From contig CAWJQQ010000001.1 in NCBI GenBank assembly GCA_963845065.1, positions 192,001-256,000 on the forward strand: a DNA stretch of 64,000 bases, read 5' to 3'. The stretch is from Nitrospirota bacterium (GTDB taxonomy: Bacteria > Nitrospirota > UBA9217). Every line of letters begins with the position of its first letter. The first letter of the stretch is position 1. Positions 34,154-43,422 of the stretch are shown here, one piece after another. Below the pieces are notes generated by a model. It did no database searches. It was not told the origin of the DNA and saw only the letters and a program-made list of their open reading frames with translations. The position numbers and the translations under genes were made by a program.

Positions 34154-34456
34154 ATGCGCAAGATGAACCTTTTTGGGAAATTAGCACTCACAGGCATCTT
34201 ATGCATCATGGCTATCGCCTTAGCAAGCCAGGGGGCATTGGCTGCGAATGATCAAGAGAAGGTCATTTTTGTCGTCACGTGATTTGACGTTGGCAAAGAG
34301 GCCCTGGAAGGGCTGAATGGCGTACTTAAAGTCGAAAAAGGCTTTCGTTCCTTTAAAGAGATAAATACCGTTTATTATGATCCAAAGATAATCACGATCG
34401 AAGAAATGGAAAAGGCCTTGAAGAAGGCCGGAACCTACGTAGAAATGATAAAATAG
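34154..34456 (+). CDS. Exported HMA-like protein, predicted selenoprotein (U43), 100 aa
   Basis: GGAGGG RBS, signal peptide (ALA-A); KVIFVVT-TGA-FDVGKEALEGLNGV...YYDPKIITIEEMEKALKKAGTY; TGA aligns to Cys57 of paralog 38907; hairpin GCCCT-GGA-AGGGC at 34301-34313. Confidence 0.85.
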
Positions 34457-35060
34457 CCCATAGAAATTGCGTTCTACTCATATATTAAAAAGGAGGCGAT
34501 ATGACTCCCGTAATTATTATGTGTGTTATGTTATAACGTGATTCGGGCATGTCGCAGACCGCGGCAACTGCAGCAGCATTATAGTGCCGGCACGATCTTC
34601 ACGTCTCTAATCGCTGGCCCGGGAATAAGCTGTGATTTTATTCTTTTTCGTTTCCTACTCCATTGATAGCATGATTCTTTGACCCGCCATTACTTATCCG
34701 CCCGGTCTGTGATATAATTCTAAAAATTATCTTTTTGTTAAGCTTATCGCGTTGTTCTCACTCCTTTTTTGCTAAAACGTCGACCGTGAAGTGGAGTGGT
34801 GTCCTACTTGCGAACAGCCGCTCCTACGCTATGACTTCGTTTCAATGTTGCTACCTACTGAGGGATCGGATGGTCAAGTCCGGGTCTGGCTACAGACCTG
34901 CGAGGGATCAAAGCAGTCGTCAGTGCGCGGGTGCCTTCGGTCGAATTAGTGAAGTTCTGATAAGGTTTCCCGGTTGACATCTATGCCGCGAAAATAGTGA
35001 TAGTTGATGCTGAACGTGGACCATGACAACCCTATTCATCGAGAAAGAGAGGATTAGAAC

Positions 35061-36680
35061 ATGAAAACATCGGGCACGGGAGTTCTCATCGGATCAGCGG
35101 TTAGTGCATTGCTGACCGTAGCACTGATTGCCCTCTTTTACGCAGGGTGGCGGTTGGCAGACCTGCCTTTCGTTCCCTTTGATGTGTTCGACTGGATGAC
35201 CCGCGTACTGCCGGGAGCCGTTATCGAATTTGTAATCAGTACCATGGTAGCTGCCATCCGCGGGCTGCAACTGGGTCCCACATCTGTAGTCGCCAAGATC
35301 ATTGAGCAGACAATCGGGATTGTCAATCTGTTTTTTACGGGCGTCATTGCCGGCAGCGTTCTCTTTGGAGTCTTGCGTACGCTTCGTGGCAGATACGCCT
35401 ATGTGTCGGGTTTATTCCTGGGAGTTCTCGCGGCCATTCCTGCCGTACTCATTAGTTCTTTTCTTGGCAAGACTGCCGTAGCCCCTCCGATAGTCAGCGC
35501 GCTCTGGATACTGATCGTATTTGTCTTCTGGGGCATTGCAATTGCCTGGGCTTATCTGCGGTTGGCCAGCATCGCTACAACTGAACCGGGTACGGATCTC
35601 GAGCCTTTTGCACAGCGGGTCAGCCGGCGCAAATTTCTGATCCGTCTTGCAGGGTATACGGCCACAATCACGGTGTCCGGGGCAATGGTGGGTTTTCTGT
35701 CTGAGCGCCACAGTCGGATGAAATTGGAGAGCTTGATGCCCTGGTCCGCAACACACGTGCTGCCGAACGCCGGCGCCGCTGTCAAGCCTGCGCCAGGCAC
35801 TCGGCCCGAATATACATCTTTGGAACGGCACTACCGCATAGACATTAACACGACCCCGCCGCAGATCGACGGAATGATGTGGCGGCTCAAGATCGGAGGA
35901 CTCGTCGAAAAGCCTCTGTCCTTCACGCTTGACGATCTCCATCGCTATGAACCCATGCACCAGTTCGTTACTCTGTCTTGCATCTCCAACCCGGTGGGCG
36001 GAGATCTTATAGGAACGACCCGCTGGACCGGAGTCAGCCTGAAGAGCTTTCTACTCGACCTTGGCCTGAAGCCCAATGTTACGCATCTCAAAATCAGTTC
36101 GGCAGACGGATTCTGGGAAACCCTAGCCCTGGAGACGATCATGGCCGACGAGCGGGTAATGCTGGCCTATGCCTGGGACGGGTTGCCGTTGCGTGACGAT
36201 CACGGCTTTCCGCTGCGGGTCTACATTCCGGACGTACACGGTATGAAGCAGCCCAAATGGATCGAGTCCATCGAGGCAATGGACCACTGGGAACCAGGCT
36301 ACTGGGTGGTCCGCGGCTGGGACAAGGTCGCAAAGATGAAGGCAACATCCGTGATCGACACCATCGCCGTCGATATGACAATTATTAGCGCAGATCAGCG
36401 GAAACTGGTGCCCATCGGCGGCATCGCCCACGCAGGCGCCCGCGGAATCTCAAAAGTCGAAGTAAGGGTTGATGACGGCCCTTGGCAGGCGGCTGAGATC
36501 AGAACTCCTCTGTCACAAACGACGTGGGTGATCTGGCGATATGACTGGCCATTCCAGCAGGGCAAACACACTTTCACTGTGCGCTGTTATGACGGGAGCA
36601 ACACCCCGCAGATCGTTAAAGCGATGCCGCCTGATCCCAGTGGTGCATCCGGACTGTTCAGCAAAAGCGAGAAATTCTGA
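35061..36680 (+). CDS. Membrane-anchored sulfite-oxidase-family molybdopterin oxidoreductase (MsrP/YedY-related)
   Basis: Several N-terminal TM helices, internal SRRKFL twin-arginine motif, Moco Cys in LSCISN, HGFPLR..GMKQPKW, C-terminal dimerisation domain. Confidence 0.88.
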   Translation: MKTSGTGVLIGSAVSALLTVALIALFYAGWRLADLPFVPFDVFDWMTRVLPGAVIEFVISTMVAAIRGLQLGPTSVVAKIIEQTIGIVNLFFTGVIAGSVLFGVLRTLRGRYAYVSGLFLGVLAAIPAVLISSFLGKTAVAPPIVSALWILIVFVFWGIAIAWAYLRLASIATTEPGTDLEPFAQRVSRRKFLIRLAGYTATITVSGAMVGFLSERHSRMKLESLMPWSATHVLPNAGAAVKPAPGTRPEYTSLERHYRIDINTTPPQIDGMMWRLKIGGLVEKPLSFTLDDLHRYEPMHQFVTLSCISNPVGGDLIGTTRWTGVSLKSFLLDLGLKPNVTHLKISSADGFWETLALETIMADERVMLAYAWDGLPLRDDHGFPLRVYIPDVHGMKQPKWIESIEAMDHWEPGYWVVRGWDKVAKMKATSVIDTIAVDMTIISADQRKLVPIGGIAHAGARGISKVEVRVDDGPWQAAEIRTPLSQTTWVIWRYDWPFQQGKHTFTVRCYDGSNTPQIVKAMPPDPSGASGLFSKSEKF

Positions 36681-36892
36681 GGTCTCAGACGGGACCATAG
36701 ATTAAGCTGCTTTGTGGCGGTTGCTGCACTCCAATCATGGCTCTGGGAACCTCGTGTCGTGATTAGTGGCGCAGCAACATAGTTTTACTGATTATTTATC
36801 TAAATGATTTGGTCAACAGTCCAAAAAATCAAACGCGTTACTTTGCTTATTTTTTAGGTGATAGTTTTGGCTCTCCATTCTATCAGATAACC

Positions 36893-37210
36893 TCACGCGA
36901 CGCGGACCTTTTTATAAGTATTCTTCATTAATGCAATAAACTTCTTAGTTGGAAACTTCGAGGGTACTATTCCTTCGGGAGCAGCTAATCCTTCAAAAAA
37001 GGTGACGTTTCGTAAAGTGTAATATTCTATAATATCCAGAGCATCCTGCCCGATTGCAGATCCGTAACTGATATAGTAAATCTCCCCATCTTTGAAATAT
37101 ATCCTTATTAGGTCCTCACTTGATTCTTTTACATTTATAAAAAGTGAGCCGCTTTTTTTGGTTTTATAGAGCTCTTCAAGCAGGTCCGCAAAATACTGTT
37201 CTTTGGCCAT
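36893..37210 (-). CDS. Hypothetical protein (DUF4388/PATAN-like), probable gene cassette
   Basis: KKSGSLFI..RIYFKDGEIYY pattern; directly after an attC site. Confidence 0.55.
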   Translation of the reverse strand: MAKEQYFADLLEELYKTKKSGSLFINVKESSEDLIRIYFKDGEIYYISYGSAIGQDALDIIEYYTLRNVTFFEGLAAPEGIVPSKFPTKKFIALMKNTYKKVRVA

Positions 37211-37229
37211 TTTCGCCCCCTTTTTTATC

Positions 37230-37288
37230 GCATAACGACAAAGGCTAACTATTGAGTGCAGCAAGTCCGGCCGAACCCGTTGTTAGGC
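37230..37288 (-). mobile_element. Integron attC site (59 bp)
   Basis: Minus strand GCCTAAC-AACGG-GTTCGGCC...AGTTAGC-CTTTGTC-GTTATGC; lies between two co-oriented genes. Confidence 0.65.
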
Positions 37289-37300
37289 GGCCCCTCGTTT

Positions 37301-37681
37301 TTAGCAGCGCGCGTCTTCGCTGAATTGCATGTCCAAGCCGCTTTCGGCCCGATGTGGAGGGGCTGATAGATACCCCAGCTTGCCACTTCCCAGGAGTTTA
37401 ACCCGCGTAAGCTGAACCCAACTCATGTTTTCGATGGGATCGCAAGACACCCCTTGCTCCGCCATTGCCGCGACAAACGCCTGGATATCGGCACACATTA
37501 AGTATACCTCTTGAATATTATTCTTCCGCGATGGAAGAACGGCCAACTCCGCTTGTGGGAGGCCGAAGATGAGCCAACCGTTTCCAGCATTGACGTTTGG
37601 AAGCCGCAGTATGTCGCATAGGAACGCTCAGTCCACTTCGGGCTTCCGGCTATAAATTATCGAATGTGCACCGATTATTAT
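37301..37681 (-). pseudogene. VOC/glyoxalase-family pseudogene
   Basis: IIGAHSIIYSRKPEVD*AFLCDIL..NAGNGWLIFGLP; start codon is ATA; internal stop. Confidence 0.7.
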
Positions 37682-37733
37682 GATGTGCCTCCTGTATCCG
37701 GCTACTGCCCGTTGATTCTGTGAACCCGTAAGG

Positions 37734-37886
37734 TTAGGCTGCTCCCTTGATACCGGTCACGGACTCGAGGAATGCAGCGTCGAGCGTCGATCGGATCAAC
37801 TCCTGAAATCCGAGGATCTCAAAAAACTTCCTGCTTCTTTCAAGATCAGTAACGACAATCGCAAGGTGATCGATTTGTTTTATCAT
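37734..37886 (-). pseudogene. N-terminal fragment of a VOC/glyoxalase protein
   Basis: MIKQIDHLAIVVTDLERSRKFFEILGF; ends after about 50 aa. Confidence 0.65.
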
Positions 37887-37888
37887 GG

Positions 37889-38458
37889 CTAATTTCCTCG
37901 GATTTCCGGGCAACCCTGCCTCCCCTGAAGAGCCCGGAGCGAGCGAAAGATCACGGGGACGGCGACCATCGCGCTGAGAACGATCCACTCCGCTGTGTTC
38001 GGATCGCAGAAGTATCTATTCAGCCGCAGGGTCGTGACTGCAATGACTGCGTAATACAGCATGTCGCCCGCGATCGCAAAGGCCCAGCCCATCAGGAATC
38101 CATGACCGGCAGCCAGCGCCGAGGCCCGTCCGGTCATCGGGTCCGCGCCAAAGGAGATCATAACCAGCGTAATGGGACCTGCACCGGTGCCCTTGAAATG
38201 GGCCGTGCCGCGCTCCATTGCAGCCTTCATCCTCGCGCTGAAACGGGCGAGAAACCGGACTTTCCCCCCCAACCATGCTAGAAGCTGAAGGACCGGCTCA
38301 AATGCGAGGGCCAGCATCACGTCTGAAACTAAGTAGAGCCCAGCGGTCACGGGCCAGGCCAGACCTTTGGTCTGAGCAAGCAATACGCCTGCCGGGATTC
38401 CGCCCCCGACAGGGATAAGGAAGAACATGAATACGGAAAGCATGATGGATACTAACAA
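37889..38458 (-). CDS. Hypothetical membrane protein
   Basis: Several hydrophobic segments, LIPVGGGIPAGV; start uncertain. Confidence 0.65.
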   Translation of the reverse strand: MLVSIMLSVFMFFLIPVGGGIPAGVLLAQTKGLAWPVTAGLYLVSDVMLALAFEPVLQLLAWLGGKVRFLARFSARMKAAMERGTAHFKGTGAGPITLVMISFGADPMTGRASALAAGHGFLMGWAFAIAGDMLYYAVIAVTTLRLNRYFCDPNTAEWIVLSAMVAVPVIFRSLRALQGRQGCPEIRGN

Positions 38459-38774
38459 AAGTGCCGACCGAAGGCAAGTGGAAGGGCGGTTTAATATTTT
38501 TGTTTTTTTGACATGCTAGTGTTACTTTGTATTGCATCACTCGGATTGCTTTGACGATAACATATTCGAGGCGAAATATGCATTTTCGAGAAGGCCGTCA
38601 TGCTATGACCTACAGGATGCAAAGTTGCATGAAAACTTTATTTCGTATTCGTCAATCGTCTCGTGAACGCCCTACTCCCAATTTCACCTACTAGTTCGCA
38701 ACCACAGCAGTTTGAAAAGTTGAGAAATATTGGTTGAAACATGAAGAATCCTAGTGATACGCCCCTTCTTCTCC

Positions 38775-38828
38775 GTGACGAACACGTTACCCTCCCGTGA
38801 CCCTACCGTGATGTTCAAGTGGTACCCT
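38775..38828 (+). promoter_or_regulatory. Four 11-bp-phased GTGA/GTTA repeats and -10-like TACCCT (box 3)
   Basis: GTGA 38775, GTTA 38786, GTGA 38797, GTGA 38808; TACCCT 38823. Confidence 0.7.
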
Positions 38829-38906
38829 TCTGTTAACAGATAAAAAATAATTTCGAAAGTTGCAAAAGCAGCAGGAGCTTCGAAAGACCTTTCATGAGAG
38901 GTAAAA

Positions 38907-39266
38907 ATGAAAAGAACATTCTTCGCGATATCCAGTGTTTTGCTGACCCTTACTATCTTCTTGCTTCTGTATTCCGGCATGATGATTGGCATTGCTACTT
39001 TGTCCCCTGCTTCTGGCTACCGGACAGCCTTTGCACAAGAGAATGGGATAGCAAAAGTGATCTTCAAGGTCAAATGTTATGATGAAGGTAAGACGGTGCT
39101 CCAGGGGTTAAAAGGAATACAGAAGATAGATACAGGCTTTCATTACATTCACGAAACCGATACAGTTTATTTTAATCCGACCGTGATTACGATTAATGAA
39201 ATGGAATCATCCTTGAAAAAGGCCGGAACGTATGTGGAAACGATAAATGAGAAAGAGAGGGACTGA
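38907..39266 (+). CDS. Exported HMA-like protein, Cys-type paralog (C57) of the two Sec candidates
   Basis: Signal or TM segment; [51 protein letters not shown]; 2 bp upstream of msrAB. Confidence 0.85.
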   Translation: MKRTFFAISSVLLTLTIFLLLYSGMMIGIATLSPASGYRTAFAQENGIAKVIFKVKCYDEGKTVLQGLKGIQKIDTGFHYIHETDTVYFNPTVITINEMESSLKKAGTYVETINEKERD

Positions 39267-39268
39267 AC

Positions 39269-40333
39269 ATGGTTGAGAAATTATTAATTGCAACATTGCT
39301 GATCCTGCCGCTCATGGTTACTCAAGTAAGCACAGCCAGTCAGTCGCACCTTGAAAAAGCTACCTTTGCGGGCGGATGTTTCTGGTGCATGACGCCGCCT
39401 TTTGAGAAATTAAACGGCGTAAACGAGGTGTTATCAGGGTATACAGGCGGTAATGGACCGAATCCAACCTACGAGGACTATGCAGAAAAAGGCCACATAG
39501 AAGTAGTGCAGATCACGTATGATCCTTCCAAGATTAGCTACTCTGAATTGCTGAACGTTTTCTGGCGGCAAATAGACCCAACGGACACGGGCGGCCAATT
39601 TTGCGACAGAGGCCCGCAGTATCGCTCCGCGATATTTTATGAAAATAACGAACAGAAACGACTAGCTGAAAAATCCAAGGAAGCGCTCGAGAAATCCGGC
39701 AGGTTTCACGAGCCCATTGTGACCGAACTGATCAAAACCTCTACATTTTACATGGCTGAGGATTACCACCAGGATTACTATAAAAAGAACCCCATCAGGT
39801 ACAAGTTCTACAGGTACAATTGCGGTCGTGACCGTTATTTGGAGAAGATCTGGGGTAAAGAGGTTTCGATGCGTAGCGTAAACGCTGAAGGCACCTTCGT
39901 GAAGCCTTCTAAAGAAGAGTTGAAAAAAAGACTAACCCCCCTGCAGTACAAGGTGACTCAGCAGGAAGGAACAGAGCCACCTTTCAACAATGAATATTGG
40001 GACAACCACAAGCCTGGAATCTATGTCGATATCGTCTCCGGCGAGCCCCTGTTCAGTTCTCTAGATAAATACGAGTCCGGTACAGGATGGCCGAGTTTCA
40101 CCAAACCGCTCGAACCCGCTAACATCGTTACAAGAGAAGACCGGAGCATATTCTCGATACGGTCCGAGGTACGGAGCAAAAACGGAGACTCTCACCTGGG
40201 CCACGTGTTCAACGACGGCCCGAAACCAACGGGCCTGCGCTACTGCATGAATTCGGCGGCCCTCAGGTTCATTCCCAAGGAGAACCTGATGAAGGAAGGA
40301 TACGGTAAGTTTTTGCAGATTTTCGGCAATTAA
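39269..40333 (+). CDS. msrAB: Exported bifunctional methionine sulfoxide reductase MsrA-MsrB
   Basis: Signal peptide; GGCFWC and AEDYHQDYY (MsrA); GTGWPSF, HLGHVF and RYCMNSAAL (MsrB). Confidence 0.96.
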   Translation: MVEKLLIATLLILPLMVTQVSTASQSHLEKATFAGGCFWCMTPPFEKLNGVNEVLSGYTGGNGPNPTYEDYAEKGHIEVVQITYDPSKISYSELLNVFWRQIDPTDTGGQFCDRGPQYRSAIFYENNEQKRLAEKSKEALEKSGRFHEPIVTELIKTSTFYMAEDYHQDYYKKNPIRYKFYRYNCGRDRYLEKIWGKEVSMRSVNAEGTFVKPSKEELKKRLTPLQYKVTQQEGTEPPFNNEYWDNHKPGIYVDIVSGEPLFSSLDKYESGTGWPSFTKPLEPANIVTREDRSIFSIRSEVRSKNGDSHLGHVFNDGPKPTGLRYCMNSAALRFIPKENLMKEGYGKFLQIFGN

Positions 40334-40487
40334 AGACGTTCGAGCATGCAGACCGGCAACAGGAGTATATCGTCCCTGATGCTCTTCACCATGTCCGGAG
40401 TGAAACGCATGACGAGAAGTTTATTATTAACTTTAAAAGTTGCTTATTAGGGTGTGCAATGCATGACTATAGAAGGAACAGAAACGC

Positions 40488-41195
40488 ATGTCTAATAAAG
40501 TACTTATAATTGAAGACGATAGGGATGCTGCCAATCTGCTGATGCTTCATCTGCGTGATGCAGGATACGAAGCTAGCTTGGCCTTTAACGGCAATGACGG
40601 CCTCAAACAAGCTCTCTCAAAACACTATGACCTTATTATTCTGGATTTGATACTCCCGGATGTAGACGGGCTGGAGATTTGCCGGCGCATTCGGGCTTCA
40701 CACTGTTACGTTCCCATTCTGATGCTGACGTCAAGGGCCTCTGCGGTTGATCCTATTGTCGGTTTGGAGATCGGAGCGGACGATTACATGTCCAAACCGT
40801 TCAACAGCCGGGAGCTACTGGCGCGAATAAAGGCGCTGTTCCGTCGCGTGGAGGCGATTAGGTCTGAAACATCCCATGGAGCGAAACGAAAAGTAGTCAA
40901 GGCAGGCGGCCTGGTCATTGATATGGAAAAACGGAAAGTCACGCTCCACGGAAATTCTGTGCATTTAACTGTAAAAGAGTTTGACCTCCTGGTCCATCTT
41001 GTCAGTCACCCCGGGATAGTGTATACACGGTCGGAATTACAGACTCTAGCCTGGGGTTACGGCGGCCATGAGGGGTATGAACACACGATCAATTCTCACA
41101 TCAACCGGCTGAGGGCCAAAATAGAAGTCAACGCGGCCCGACCGTCCTATATTTTAACCGTTCGTGGAATCGGTTATAAGTTTTACGATTCCTAA
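40488..41195 (+). CDS. OmpR/PhoB-family response regulator (copy B, paralog of 29312)
   Basis: DLIILDLILP, GADDYMSKPF and EGYEHTINSHINRLRAKIE. Confidence 0.94.
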   Translation: MSNKVLIIEDDRDAANLLMLHLRDAGYEASLAFNGNDGLKQALSKHYDLIILDLILPDVDGLEICRRIRASHCYVPILMLTSRASAVDPIVGLEIGADDYMSKPFNSRELLARIKALFRRVEAIRSETSHGAKRKVVKAGGLVIDMEKRKVTLHGNSVHLTVKEFDLLVHLVSHPGIVYTRSELQTLAWGYGGHEGYEHTINSHINRLRAKIEVNAARPSYILTVRGIGYKFYDS

Positions 41196-41229
41196 GTAAT
41201 TGTACGTAGGCAGTCGCGAGATAGATCGT

Positions 41230-41361
41230 TCCGGCGTGTCGGGGCTCGGCCTGGTCATCTTCAAGAGAATCTTGGGAGTCCGTGAGAGTGACATGCAGAT
41301 TAATAGCGCCGTTAATATTGGCACTGCCTTCACATTCACCCTGCCGGTTTACAGAACTTAG
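41230..41361 (+). pseudogene. C-terminal remnant of histidine kinase copy B
   Basis: GLGLVIFKRIL..DMQINSAVNIGTAFTFTLPVYRT matches the end of 30036-31526. Confidence 0.8.
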
Positions 41362-41417
41362 TTATAATCCGACCAAATCGAGCTTGAGATATCAGCCTTT
41401 AGTGCTACTCTTTTTTT

Positions 41418-41472
41418 GTGATAGAAATAGTATCTTTCCGTGATAATGCCGTGACCTTCGTAATTGTATAAT
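41418..41472 (+). promoter_or_regulatory. Phased GTGA repeat box and -10 TATAAT (box 4)
   Basis: GTGA 41418, 41440 and 41451; TATAAT 41467. Confidence 0.7.
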
Positions 41473-41789
41473 TAATACAACCTATAATTATGTAAATTGT
41501 CTGAAATAATGCAATGTTTTATAATCACGGATTAGTGAGAAATAAGAAAACTATCTATCAGTCTTGTTTGTTCTTATTGACTTATAATACAACGTTTCTT
41601 GATCTGTCAATTCATTGATTGCATGTATGTTTGCTGTATCTTTAAATGAAATACCAACCATAACGTTTTAGTACTCGACCAAGTTCTTTTTATGTCTATG
41701 CACACGTGTCGTCATTAATGTGCGCAAAAAGAGGAATGCTGAATGATGGATAAAGCATGAGGTCGGATCCGGCGTCTCACCGTTGACTA

Positions 41790-42112
41790 ATTCGGTGACC
41801 AACGGGCAGGTCGCAGCCTGCTGGATAGCCGGAAATGAGCGCGGAAACGTTTATACTGCCAACCCTGGTACTCACAGCATTTCAGCATATAAGGACAGAC
41901 ATGGAGACCCTGTTCTGCTTAATGGCAATGCAGCACTGGAAACACTTCCATCGATTTATCCATACCCGTCAATGGACGATTTCTTTATGCGCTGGACCCA
42001 ACTGGCGGGACAATAGACATGTTCAAAAATAGAGTATGATGGCAGCTTGACAAATTTGGGTACGGTTGCTTGGGTGTTCCCTACTTATGCTCAGGGCATT
42101 GCGGCACGCTAA
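41790..42112 (+). pseudogene. C-terminal remnant of lactonase copy B
   Basis: NGQVAACWIA..YKDRHG..AQGIAAR* matches 32021-33115; frameshifts. Confidence 0.85.
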
Positions 42113-42361
42113 AAGCATTTGGTTGAACAAACAAAAAAGGCTTTAATAGTCAAACAGTATAAACGCACCTTTGAGCATCCCGCGATCGGACACTTTTTCG
42201 CTCTTACCCATGGTTTGATGGAAGCGTATCGGATGATGATACATCTCCCGCTTTCACCGCAATTGGAGTGTTTTTTTGGAGGTACTTGACGATCTTTTCG
42301 GATTTTTTCAATAGACGTCGACAAGTTAGTTAAGAGAGCTTTAAAGGCTAGGGTGATGACA

Positions 42362-42658
42362 ATGAAGAATAAAATCGTGAACTATTTAACTTTTACTGTT
42401 CTTTTTCTGTTTATTTTTTCAGTCTACAATGTTTCATTTACGCAAGCACGTGCGGAGTCCAAAGTGACTTTTTATGTTTCATGATATGACGTTGGCCAAG
42501 CAGCCCTGGAAGGGCTGAACGGAGTAAAGAGAGTTGAAAAAGGCTTTCGAAATTCTAAAGAGTCAAACACTGTTTATTATGACCCCAGCATGATTACCAT
42601 TAAGGAAATGGAACAGGCCCTGAAGAAGGCCGGAACTTACATTGACACGGCAAGATAA
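42362..42658 (+). CDS. Exported HMA-like protein, predicted selenoprotein (U41), 98 aa
   Basis: Signal peptide (ARA-E); KVTFYVS-TGA-YDVGQAALEGLNGVKRVEKGF..YYDPSMITIKEMEQALKKAGTY; perfect hairpin CAGCCCT-GGA-AGGGCTG at 42501-42517. Confidence 0.87.
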
Positions 42659-42939
42659 TCAGAAAAATGCCAACGTAAGCAGTCAATAATGTTGATAGAG
42701 TAGATGTTAACAATTTCAATAAGGTATTAAGTGCTTAAAGGTCGGATGCTGAATGATGGAGGGGGCAAGAGATTGGATCTTGCTTCTCACCTGAAGAAGG
42801 AGGTGCTATACGATCAAGTAATATTTAACAAGTTACGGCTTGGAAAATTGTGAGCGGGTCTTAAGTTTGTTCCAGCTATATTTCTGGGTATCTTAAAACA
42901 AGTTTTAAAATACAGTAACCAATCCTAGGAGGATTTACC

Positions 42940-43422
42940 ATGAAAAAGTCATTTGCATTAGTTACAGTAGCTATCTCCACCATAGTCCTGATGCTCTCTA
43001 TTGGGGTCAATTTAGCTCAAGCGCAAGGAAATGCCATTACGTATTTTCCAAAAGAGGATCAAGACGTGATGACTCAGTCATGCAATATGGTCATGGAAAA
43101 GGGGCATATGGTGAGTGACGCGGGCAAAATGATGAAGGAAGGCATGATGGATAAAGACACGATGATGAAACAGGGTGATACGATGATGAAACAGGGTGAC
43201 ACGATGATGAAAGAGGGCGACATGATGGCGAAACAGGGCGACATGATGGCGAAGACCGGAAAGATGATGATGGAAAATGGGAAGGCGATGATGGAAGGTA
43301 AAATGGATAAAGATATGATGATGAAACATGGCACTATGATGATGAAAGCAGGCAATAGGATGGTAGAGACAGGCAAGAATGGCATAACGATTTTTAACGC
43401 AAGCCCGTCAGCACCTAATTAG
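42940..43422 (+). CDS. Methionine-rich secreted protein, copy B (intact)
   Basis: AGGAGG RBS, signal peptide (AQA-Q), 33 Met in 160 aa, heptad repeats GDTMMKQ. Confidence 0.88.
   Translation: MKKSFALVTVAISTIVLMLSIGVNLAQAQGNAITYFPKEDQDVMTQSCNMVMEKGHMVSDAGKMMKEGMMDKDTMMKQGDTMMKQGDTMMKEGDMMAKQGDMMAKTGKMMMENGKAMMEGKMDKDMMMKHGTMMMKAGNRMVETGKNGITIFNASPSAPN

Noticed and set aside
37628..37630. In-frame TGA in the VOC/glyoxalase gene as another Sec codon
   Set aside because: It falls at a position I recall as Arg in this family (D-R-AF, CGA to TGA). The start codon is also mutated, so it is a pseudogene.
43130..43340. Periodic repeats as a CRISPR array
   Set aside because: These are 21-nt coding repeats with no unique spacers, and no cas genes are present.
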